From NCBI GenBank assembly GCA_013239625.1, contig MU054212.1, positions 6,732,270 to 6,796,269 of the forward strand: a stretch of 64,000 nucleotides of DNA, in the 5' to 3' direction. The position numbers and the translations under genes are program-made. Positions 25,126-35,625 of the stretch are shown in pieces. This DNA comes from Lama guanicoe (taxonomy: Eukaryota). The notes beneath the pieces were generated by a model that was not told the origin of the DNA, did no database searches, and saw nothing but the letters and a program-made list of their open reading frames with translations. Position 1 is the first letter of the stretch; each line of letters opens with the position of its first letter.

Positions 25126-25689
25126 AGATCCCATTCTTAAAGCACCTGCTTACTACTTCTTTTCAGTATCTGTCTCACAAATGTGCTGGTCCCACTTGAG
25201 GCTCTGAGATCCCACTATTAACCTCATCAAAACCTATGCATCCTCTGTCTCCTTCTATTAGGTTCCTCCTCTGGGGAGATGGCAACTACTGCGATAAACA
25301 ATTCAGATAAATGCATATATGGGAGATGAGTATTTTAAAGCTCAAGCCTTTCTTATATTTGCATTAATGAGGTGTCTTCTGACAGTTCAAAGCTTTTAAT
25401 CCAAGGCACTGGACACTTTACTGGGAGGAACTCCACTGTTCATGAGCCTTGCAGTACCTGAGGCCAGTGATGGAGGCTCTCAGCATCAGCCCTACTCCCT
25501 GAGTGTAGAAAATCAGTCTTGCATCTTCCCTCCAAAGAGCTGCCCCACGCAGCTTGTTCTCAGGAGCAGACCATCCATTTCAGATGAGTACATTTCATTA
25601 CAATCTACAGGTTTTTCACAAATGCATTTAAAAAAAAATCTCCAAGTTCCCCCTTCTCTTAACTCTTTCATGATCCACCCATAAATTAC

Positions 25690-25795
25690 AGGACCTGACT
25701 AGGAACTATGACTTGTTCACCATTGTATCTTTAATGCCTAATATATGGTGAACATAGTTGGTGCTCAGTAAATATTTGGTGAATCCATTTATGCT
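25690..25795 (+). mobile_element. L2 3' end
   Basis: cttgttcaccattgtatct...catagttggtgctcagtaaatatttggtgaat. Confidence 0.7.
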
Positions 25796-26737
25796 CTCTC
25801 CTACAGTGTTTTGGGGGGGGGTATGGACAAATACTACCTTCATAATCACAGTTTTTAAAATGTGCCACCCAGAGGAGCGAACGATTCAGATTTTGGAAGC
25901 AGATTTGAATTAGATACATTAATCTGAGCACCTATCTCGTCCGAACTCCAAAGTCTAAACCATGCTCCTTGCGTCAGCATTCCCTTTGAATGGCATTATT
26001 ATTATTATTGTTTATCATTGCCTCAGCTTTTACAATATGCTGGGTGCTATGGAAGACATTAAAAAGACACAGCTCTTGCCTGGGGGCTTACACTCAGATA
26101 GTGAAACAAAATGTGTTTTAAGAAAAGGTAGATTGATTGCAGAGATGCAATTTCTCAGGTGTTTGTGTGTGTGCTTTGGGTTCATTTGTCTTTTAACCAG
26201 CTGTGGGCTAAAGACATCTCTAAACTTTCCTTCAGAACAAGGACATAAATGCCAAGAGTTCAGAAGAAAACCCAAGCTGTGAAGCGCAGAACTCGGCACT
26301 GAGGGTCCAGACTCCTAATCTGGGGGATCTCTGCTCTCTTGAATTGCTCTCTCCCCTGCTGTGTCTCTCAACAACTCCGGCTGCCTGTGGCTTCCTCCCT
26401 GGAAACCAAATCATTAACTTAAAAATGGATCACCAAATTTTATGGCCCATTTTCAAGCATTAGGCCAGTTCTTTGCTATCAAATAGTCTTTAAAAATTGA
26501 CCAGTCCTCCTCACAGACTGAGACATGTATTCACACAAAATTTAGGGAAATTTTTATCCCAAAGAGATATTACCCTCAAGTTTAATTTCTGAAAGTCCCA
26601 GAGCTGAAATGAATAAAAATGTAGTTCATGTTTTTACTTTTTGGGGGTGAACAATTAAAAAATTCTCTCATGCAGTTATAGAGCAGAAATAAACATGCCA
26701 ATTTTGCAAAGGATCTTTGATGTTTATAGAAAATATT

Positions 26738-26777
26738 TGCGTGTGTGTGTGTGTGTGTGTGTGCGCGCACGCGTGTA
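26738..26777. repeat. (TG)n/(CG)n alternating purine-pyrimidine tract
   Basis: tgc(gt)n gcgcgcacgcgtgta read directly. Confidence 0.9.
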
Positions 26778-27899
26778 GAAAGCATTGTCACCTTAGCAGT
26801 CTCAACACTGTGTATGTTTGTTTTCATATGAGATCAAATACCTGCTTCTGGGAATCATCCAGGGCAAAACTTTAGGTTTCACATTTGAAGCACACGAGTG
26901 ACACAACCTGCATGCTTGGTAAACGGAAGCAATGTCCAGATTGCAGACTGCAGAGGGGGTGGCTGTCATCCTCACCATGCAGGGGAGAGTTGGGTTCTGT
27001 TCCAATTGTGCGCCACGGTCTCTAGGTGCACAGAGAGGCCTCTCACCAGGGTCTTGATCAGTGAAAAAAGATGTAAGCATCCAGCGCCATGCATATTTAG
27101 AGCTTGGTTCCCAAAGTTTCTATTTAATTCCACGTCCTCATCACATGCAGGAGTGCGGTATGCCCTTCCAGATGGCCCGCGCAAATGCTTTGTCGTACTC
27201 CACTCACTCCTTGCATGTCAAGCATCTCTGGGACTACATACATCACCAATTAGCATCTTATATTCATTGGAAAGGAATGGTTCTGCAACATTTTATCCAG
27301 ATTTCTCTGATAACATTTGCATGTTGCGATGTTCCTCCCTTCTAAGAATCAAGGATGTGACTGTGGAATTTTCCTCCCATCGCCTGCCTCCCTCCCGATG
27401 TTTTTCTCTACGCTGCACCATTTGATCTGTGTTTTAGAGGAGGTATCTTTGGTTTGACATTTCTGGAACCTGGGGAGACCACTTTAGTGTGCTTACCAAA
27501 GCATACTATAGGCAATTACTATGTCACATCTCTCCAGGTGGCTCTTTTCCTGTTGGTTCCTTCTCATTTTTCAGATTCTAGATCGTGAGACCTCCTCAGT
27601 GATTTAAGGGTTTGGCACTGCCATCCCTTCTGCCTTTTGCAAAAGTCTCCTGGCTAGACGTTCTTTAATCTGAGCTCCGTAATGAGCATTAATTACGGCA
27701 GACTTTGTGTGTTGGTCCTGATGGTAAGGAACAATCCTGATGTATCAATGTCTCATTTAGCCAATACACGAAAGAGGCATTATTCCCCAAAGGGATCAAA
27801 CTCGTCACCTAGAAAATGGTGACAATTACATTTAAGTTTTCCAGTGTAAGCCATACTGACACACTGGTGACCAGGCAGGTGGGACCCACAGACCCTGTT

Positions 27900-28912
27900 G
27901 GAGGGTTCTCCTCCTTGACATTTCCACTTGGATGTCTCCCAGGCATTTTACACTTTACATGCTTACTTTCAATCCCCAAAACTGTCTCTCCCAAGCCTCC
28001 CTCTTAGTAAACAATATGTCTTCCATCCAGTTACTCAGTCTAGAAACCTGGAGTCATCAGAAATCCTTTCATTTCCTTCATCCTGTCCCCTCCACCCCTT
28101 CCCCCCAAATGTGTCATTAAGTTCTTTCGTTTCTATCTCCATATATCCTCAATCAACTCAATCTTCGTCACCTCAACAGCCACCTCCTGCCCTGGCCTGA
28201 GTTCACACCCTAGTTTCTGGGAAGCTTCTATAACCTCCAAACTGGCTGCTCTGCTATAAGCCGGATTTTTCCATATCCCCCTTTCCACTCAACTTTTAGA
28301 GTTTTTCATATGATAGAGACAAGCAAGTCTCTCTGCTGTTTACTATCCTGTGTTTGTTTTACATCCTGCTTGGAACATAGCCCACTTCTTCTCCATCCCT
28401 CGTCCCCCCAGGTCTTCAGGACCCTGCACGTTCTGGATTGTGACTACCTCTCTCCAATGGGTACAGCCTCACTAGACTCCGGCTGCTGCACTGAATTTTG
28501 CAGGATTGTTGAAACTTTTCCGGTTCTTTTCCATTCTTGAAGATTTTGCATTTGCTGTGCCTCCAGCCTGAGACGTCTTCCCCTATTGTTCATCATTTTC
28601 TTGGCTTCTCCTCATTCTTTGAGTCTTTTCTTGGGTCATTCTTCAGTGAGATCTTCCGTGTCCACATTGTGGGAGTAAATTCCCTTCTTACCTTCTGGTA
28701 CAGCACCCTGTTTATTTCCTTCAAAGCACTAGTCGGAGTCTAAAAATATTTTAGACTATGATCTATTTCCCTTTTGGTCTGCTACTTATCCTCTATTGCC
28801 TAGGATAAACTCAGTGTTCTCAAGGCCAAGTTCTTTCTGGCTTAATTTAAATTCTTGGTGCTAAGTACAATCTGGCACACAAAGGCACTCAAAATATATT
28901 TGTTGAATGAAT
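27900..28912 (+). mobile_element. L2 LINE 3' ~1 kb
   Basis: ccttgacatttccacttggatgtctcccaggcat...ccagttactcagtctagaaacctggagtcatc...tggcacacaaaggcactcaaaatatatttgttgaatgaatg. Confidence 0.8.
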
Positions 28913-28951
28913 GTCTCTAAGAGTTTTGATGAGGAGAGTCGAGTGTGTGGG

Positions 28952-28953
<2 letters not shown>

Positions 28954-28987
<34 letters not shown>
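28954..28987. repeat. (TG)n(AG)n compound microsatellite
   Basis: Read directly. Confidence 0.9.
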
Positions 28988-29008
28988 CAATGGTTTCGTT
29001 AAAGGAAG

Positions 29009-29349
29009 TACTATTGACTAAATGTTTGTTTTTCCCTGAATTTCACGTGTTGAAACTGAATCCCCAGTGTGATGGCGTTAGGAGGTGGGAGCTTTAGGGC
29101 TGATGAGGACATGAGGGTGGAGTCCTCGTAAATGAGATTAGTGCTTTTAGAAAAGAGGCCCCGGAGAGCCCCCTCCCCTCTTCTGCCACGTGAACACACA
29201 GTGAAAAGACTGTCAGGCCCTCACCAGCCTCTGACTCCGCTGGTGCCTTGATCTTGGACTTCCACCCTCCACAACTGTGAGATATAAACACTGTTTATAA
29301 GTCGGCCAGTCTTCAGGGTTTGTTATAGCAGCCTGGATGGACTAAGACA
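29009..29349 (+). mobile_element. MLT1A/MLT1A0-like MaLR solo LTR
   Basis: gttgaaactgaatccccagtgtgatggcgttaggaggtggg...gctggtgccttgatcttggacttcca...gttatagcagcctggatggactaagaca. Confidence 0.88.
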
Positions 29350-30360
29350 CAAAGGAAGCGAGACCGGAAAACCTGGCATCAGCACTGTGGGAAGTCAGAG
29401 CAGCGTGGGGGGACGGGTCTTAGCACAGGGCCTGGGGCAATGCAGAGACCAGAGGTCTCAGCTCGGAACCCTGGCAGGTTGCCAGAGACCAGGCAACTAT
29501 GCACTGATTGGTGCCTAGGAAAACAGCACAATGTACTCATTCACATAGAAAAGACAAGAGAACCACAGCTCCAGGGTAAAACAGAAAACAGAGCTTCAAA
29601 GCTGTCACGTGACATGGCTGAGGCCACCTCACATGCAATACATGGAACAAACTTCCACTTCGACCTGTAAGTATATGTGGATGCTTTTTATCAAATCCGC
29701 CATCCCATGATCTGCAATTTAATTTTACAGATGGGGAGAGAGCAAAGTGGGCAAAAGGAACACATCAGATGAGGAGAGAGAGTGGGGGGAAGTGATGCAG
29801 GTGAGAACTCTGCAGGAGCGCTCTGACTGCACTCTGCTCCAATGAGGGGAGGGAAGCGTGTCCTGCAGTCAGGGGGAGTTCCCTGCCCTTGTCCACACCT
29901 GACTCTTGGAGGCACAGGTCAAGTGAGTAAGCATCTGGGCTCTATGAACCATAATCGTCCCGCCACCTAGCATTTCCCGAGCACGCGCTGCAAGCCAGGC
30001 GCTGCACTGAGCTGCTAATGCGCAGCATCTCCCTTAGAACAGTGAACCTCCGAGGGAGGCAGGAACATTGTACTGTTTCCATGGAGGACACGAAGAGAAG
30101 TCCATTGTTTTGCTCTAGATACACAGCAGTGTGGGAGGTGGGGTTTTTACCTTTGTCTACTTATATTTAGAGCATGAACTTCCTTATCTTCTACTGATTT
30201 GCAAAGAAACCCAATCACTGAGCCAAGGGACGGTTTTGGCCTAAGTGTAAAAGTGCACGATGGCGTTCTCGATCTTCCTGATTTTCAGGAAAAATACACC
30301 CTCTGATTGTATATCATAGAGCATTTAATAGATTGTGCTGTATTTTTTTTTCACTCGCCC

Positions 30361-30516
30361 ATTAGACTGAAACCAACTTCAGAGCTTCACGTTGGTCTCC
30401 TCGTCCCTAACACTCAGCACAGTGTCTGCGAAACCAGATTAGATTGAAACCAACTTCAGAGCTTCACGTTGGTCTCCTCGTCCCTAACACTTAGCACAGT
30501 GTCTGCCGAAAAGCAG
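30361..30516 (+). repeat. 77-bp tandem duplication within an L2 3' end
   Basis: Unit 1 at 30361-30437 and unit 2 at 30438-30516; two substitutions over the first ~69 bp, then a divergent junction. Confidence 0.92.
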
Positions 30517-30691
30517 ATGTCTGGAGTGTTTCCTGAAACCCTGATCCATGGAAGTTGTTTTTTATTTGATTATTTCAGTCTTAGTTTAATAAAATAAGTT
30601 ATAACAATTTAAGAGTAAACATTTTAAAGAAAAGCTTACATTGTAGTTCTTAAATATCAACCATAAAGAAACCTGATGGGGAATTTGAGTT

Positions 30692-31951
30692 AAAATAAAC
30701 TCAAAATGGCTTAAAGACTTAAACATAAGACAAGAAGCCTCCTAGAAGAGAACATAGGCAAAACATTGTCTGATATAAATTGTAGCAATGTTCTAGGATA
30801 GTCTACCAAGGTAACAGAAATAAAGCAAAGATAAACAAATCGGTCCTAATTAAACTTATAAGCTTTTGCACAGCAAAGGAAACCATAAATAAAATGGAAA
30901 GACAGCCCATGGAATGGGAGAAAATATTTGCAAATGATGCTAGTAACAAAGGCTTAATTTCCAGAATATACAAACAGCACATATAACTCAATAACCAAAA
31001 AACCAAACAAACCAATCTAAAAATGTGCAGAAGACGTAAACAAACATTTCTCCAATGAAGACATACAAATGGCCAACAGGCACATGAAAAAATGCCCAAC
31101 ATTGACAATTATCAGAGAAATGCAAATCAAAACGACAATGAAGGATCACCTCACATCAGTCAGAATGGCCATCATTCAAAAGTCCACAAATGACAAATGC
31201 TGGAGAAGGTGTGGAGAAAAGGGAACCCTCCTTCACTGCTGGTGGGGATGCAGTTTGGTGCAGACACTGTGGGAAACAGTATGGAAAGTCCTTAAAAAAC
31301 TGAAAATAGACTTACCCTATGATCCAGCAATCCCACTTCTGTGCATATATCCAGAGTAAACTCTAATTCGAAAAGATACATGCACTCCAGTGTTCACAGC
31401 AGCACTATTTACAATAGCCAAGACACAGAAGCAACCTAAATGTCCACTGACAGATGACTGGATAAAGAAGATGTGGTATATACATATATACAGTGGAATA
31501 ACACTCAGCCATAAAAAAGAATAAAATAATGCCATTTGCAGCAACATGGATGGACCTGGAGATCATCATACTAAGTGAAGGAAGCCAGGAAGAGAAAGAA
31601 AAGTATCATATGATATCACTTATATTTGGAATCTAAAAAATAAAAAGGACCCAAATAAACTTATTTACAAAACAGAGACAGACATACAGACATAGAAAAC
31701 AAACTTAACGGTTACCAGGGGTAAAGGGGATGAGGAGGGATAAATCGGGAGTTCCAGATTTGCCGATACTAACTACTACATATAAAATAGATAAACCACA
31801 AGGACCTACTGTATAGCACAGGGAACTACACTCAGTATGTCATAATGGCCTATAATGAAAAAGAATATGAAAATATATAAATCAATCACTATGCTGTACA
31901 CCAGAAACTAATACAGCATTATGAATCAGCCATACTTCAATTTTAAAAAAA
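30692..31951 (+). mobile_element. 5'-truncated L1 (ORF2 C-terminus + 3'UTR), cetartiodactyl type
   Basis: ORF 31069-31359 (MANRHMKKC...IREMQIKTT...[18 protein letters not shown]) is the L1 ORF2 CCHC region, disrupted by stops and frameshifts. 3'UTR ctactgtatagcacagggaact...tatgctgtacaccagaaactaa...cttcaatt followed by an A-tail. Confidence 0.95.
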
Positions 31952-34063
31952 GAATCTAAAGAATGCGCTTAAGTGTCCAAAGAGAATAATGTTAATTTTA
32001 AACATTATTCAATTTTAAAACATTGGCAATAAAGCAAAGAGATCCCCAGGAACTGAGGGAAAAAGAAAATAAAAACAAAAGGAAACAGAAGAGGGAGAAA
32101 TTGATCCAACTTTGGAATTGTCACACGGGGGGAGTTTCAAAAGAGAATATAGAGTTTTTATAAAATCCATTATTCTCATTATTCCCATATTCAGGTAAAA
32201 TGTAAGCTAGATGTAAGCAGTTTTTTAAAACACTGTATTATGTGCCTGATAGGCCAGAACCACTGAAGTAGATCAGATCTCTCATTTTAATATGCATTTG
32301 CACATTTAAAAATGTATATTATTGACTGTGTTGAATGCTGTGACTTCTGGAGAACCATTACGGCTCACAGGATAGCTTTTTATTTGGCACTGTATCAATT
32401 TGAAGCCCAGAATGACATGATCTTAATACAGATAGCAGATAAACGTGTGTAAAGTGGTACAAAGAGAAAGGTAAGGTTCACATGCAATAGGTAATTTTCA
32501 AATGTCATCTTTTGAGTCCTTAAAAAAAAGGGAGAAAAGGAAAAAAAAAAAGAAAGAAAGGGACACACACGTTGAAGGGAACGTCTTGCTCCCTGATCTG
32601 TGCCAAGCATTTCCGCTGCACGCTCAGCATCTCCCTTCCGCACCGCCACGCAGCAGCTCATGGAAGGCCATTTGCCCCTTAAATATCACACGTAGCTAAT
32701 TTGCATTATAGACTATGGGCCCAAGAGGGAAAAACGCTTAATTTTATTAATAGAATGGATTTTAAATCTCTCTACAGGAGGCCACAGAACACCCCAAAGG
32801 GCTAATCTATGTTATGGAGAGACGGCAAATCAGAAAAGCCCCAGTGCATTTCTTTCCCGCGTTAGAATTTGTTCCCAGTGAAAGCTACCACTAGGCACAC
32901 AGGCTTTGAGCATCCTCTGTTTTAACACTGGAATTGTTCTACACCTGATGTACAAACACCTAAGCCCCTGAGATTTACAATAGGGATGCTAATGCCTGCG
33001 TAAGCCCCGCTGAAACAAACAGAGCTGGGATAATAATTTTGTAACCTCATGTTGACATAATCCACCAGCTTGTTGAAGAGCCCCTTCATGTAGAGGAAAC
33101 AGAGAAACTATAATGATTTTCAGATACAGTTGACAAGAGACCATTTAGTAAACTTTTATTTTTTTTTAACTAACAGTATGCAGGGATGTTGTCTTCTAGG
33201 CTGCTACTAATAATCTCATCAGAATGCAAAAGCAGCGACTGTGTTATAAAACCAATGATCTGTTCTATTCTGCAAGAATTTACAAAAGCCTAATGTCATT
33301 TACTACACCATGAGAACCGTACTTGGATAAAAAAAGATAAAACACAAACCAGAATTCGAAACCCGATTACAGCTGACGAAAAAAACCCAAACCGTTTGGG
33401 AATGCAATGCTTTAAAGGTAAAACATACCCCAGTGAGAGACATGGAGTCCAGTGATGACTTCAGAAGGGAAGAAGTTGGTGTCTGGGAATGTACAAACGC
33501 CATACGTCGTTCAGGGCCACGGTGGATCCGGGCATCCGTTCAAGCCCAGGATGCTCCGGCCCATGGTTACTGCTGCGTGTATGTTTCTGGCTCCAGCTGC
33601 AGGGAACTTGCAGTCTTGAAAGAGTTTGCCTTTGTTTTTTCTCTCCTTTCTCAGTAGCATTTTTGACAAAAGCATATCTCTAGAAGTCTTAAATACAGAA
33701 TTTGAATGATTTTAAAAGGAAAGACCTTTCGTCAGAGGCATCTGAGATTAAGTCAACTGAAAAGTCAGAGACAGGGACCTGTCAGGATTTCTAGGTAGCT
33801 GGGACAGACTGGTCTCTCCTCCCTCTCAGCTGGTACCCTATGGTGGGTGGAAGAGCAGAGACAGGAATCCCTCAGGCCATATGCTCGGTGCTCTGAAAGG
33901 TTTCATATTTTCAATTCTGGCTTTTTGAGGCATTTTTATTTTATAAGGAAGTAAATGGGCTTCAAAATTCTTTCCTTTGATGCCCAAACCAAATTCTTCT
34001 GCATTTTATTCAGTGATGAACAAAAAAATTAGTTTTCTGAAGGATGAAGTCTACCTTCTACCT

Positions 34064-34197
34064 CTATTTCTAATTGATACCACTATCTGTAACTCTATAC
34101 CTATCTATTTTTCTATATATCTATCATCCATCCATCTATCCATCCACTGAGGGAAAGAGAGAAAGAGAGAGAGAGAACTTGAACTTGAACTTGAACT
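34064..34197. repeat. Low-complexity (TCTA/TCCA)n, (GA)n and (GAACTT)n tract
   Basis: Read directly; gaacttgaacttgaacttgaact at ~34175-34197. Confidence 0.75.
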
Positions 34198-34859
34198 CCT
34201 GGAATTGTTATTTTTGGAAGAATTTTATTTATTCTCTCCTTTTCAGACTAAGTCCTTTGGAAACATTTTCATCTCCAGGATGGAAGTGGCAGGATGTGAG
34301 AAGTACCGGGTCCTTAGTATTAAAAGGCATTTTTACACTATTGCTAACCAGCTTCTAGCAAATTCCTCGTAGCAAATATATACTTGGATGTCCTTGAAGA
34401 AACACTTGGTCTTGCAAACTTGCATGGAGTCATTTTGAAGGGTTGACTTAGGCGTGCGTAAGACATCTATTAATAATGAAGATGGAACTTTTAATGGTTC
34501 GGGATTTTAGGAATGAGTTCTAATACAGTAACTGGTGAGTCATTAAAGCACATCTCTGCAGGCAGAGCCCTCCCTATTTTCTGCCTGCCGGAAAGTTGAC
34601 AGTTGTCCAGAAAGAAACTGAGACCTCTTGGGAAATGTGAATTCCCTTCAGCTTGACTAGTTTGAGAAGCCAGTGAAGTGGTGGTATATTTCAGGAAAGT
34701 CTTGCCCACCGCAGGTATGCAGAGGTGTTTCATAGAAGAGGCAGGTCTGTTTATTAACGAGTGAATTACAAGGTCGGTAAATGTATGTTCCCTTGCCTTC
34801 ACTCCTATAGTTTTCTTTCCTCCTGAATGACTGGAGGTGGTCATTCTCTGCCTGGGAAC

Positions 34860-35145
34860 CGTCCATTCACCTTAAGAGCAGCCCCGAAGCAGCCCCTTCT
34901 CTATGACGCTCCCTAATCTTCACCGATAAACTGAACTGACTCTCTTTTCTGTGTCCGCAGCACTATATACACCGTTATCTTAGCTCTCTTATTAACTGTC
35001 TCAGAAGTGTGTGTATAAATGTATTGATTCATTGTCTTATCTAATAGACTATAAGGTCCTCAATAAATACAGTTTTCCATTCATAGCACAGAGCTGAGGT
35101 CCTGGCATATAACAAGTATCTGATAAATGCTTGGGAAGTGAATAA
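34860..35145 (+). mobile_element. L2 3' end
   Basis: tagactataaggtcctc...cctggcatataacaagtatctgataaatgcttgggaagtgaat. Confidence 0.65.
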
Positions 35146-35499
35146 TTAGAAAAGAATTTCAGTAAAATCAAACTTGCAGGAAAAAGTTAAAAAATGATAT
35201 CTACAATTTAATAAATGTGGACTATTGATCACTTAAGAAGAAAATCTGGAGGATTCCCCCCAAATTAGGAATGCTTAAATTTAAAAACAAATTTAAAAAT
35301 AAACGTTTTCTTCTTTCCAAAACTGTATGGTGTTAGAGCTGAGAGTCAGGTGCCTTTCTCAGGCTGTTAGTCCATCAACAAATTAGACCCTGGAAGGAAA
35401 CGGTTTCATTTGCTCTCCTTAAGGGGATATCCACATACAATTAAAATTATTGGTCCTTTTTGAGAACTGAGAGGAAGTTTGAAAATGGAAATAGTAATT

Positions 35500-35625
35500 T
35501 CTTTACTCAACAAATTTGTATAGAGCCCCTGGTATGTGCCCGGCTCCCAGTCAGACACTGAGGGTTCAGGGATGAACCCAACCAACATTGCTCCTGCCCT
35601 CGTAGGCACAGAATATACGAGTGAG
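35500..35625 (-). mobile_element. L2 3' end
   Basis: tactcaacaaatttgtatagagcccctggtatgtgcccggc...ctcctgccctcgtagg. Confidence 0.65.

Noticed and set aside
26898..27425. 175-aa ORF (longest in window) as a gene or endogenous viral element
   Set aside because: GTG start, Cys/Ser/His-rich random-looking composition, no motif I recognise; this length can arise by chance.
30361..30516. CRISPR-like repeat-spacer structure (also considered for the 1936/2740 repeat)
   Set aside because: Only two copies, no regular unique spacers, mammalian context and no cas genes.
31069..31359. 96-aa ORF as a host CDS
   Set aside because: It is the L1 ORF2 C-terminal CCHC remnant of a 5'-truncated, disrupted element.
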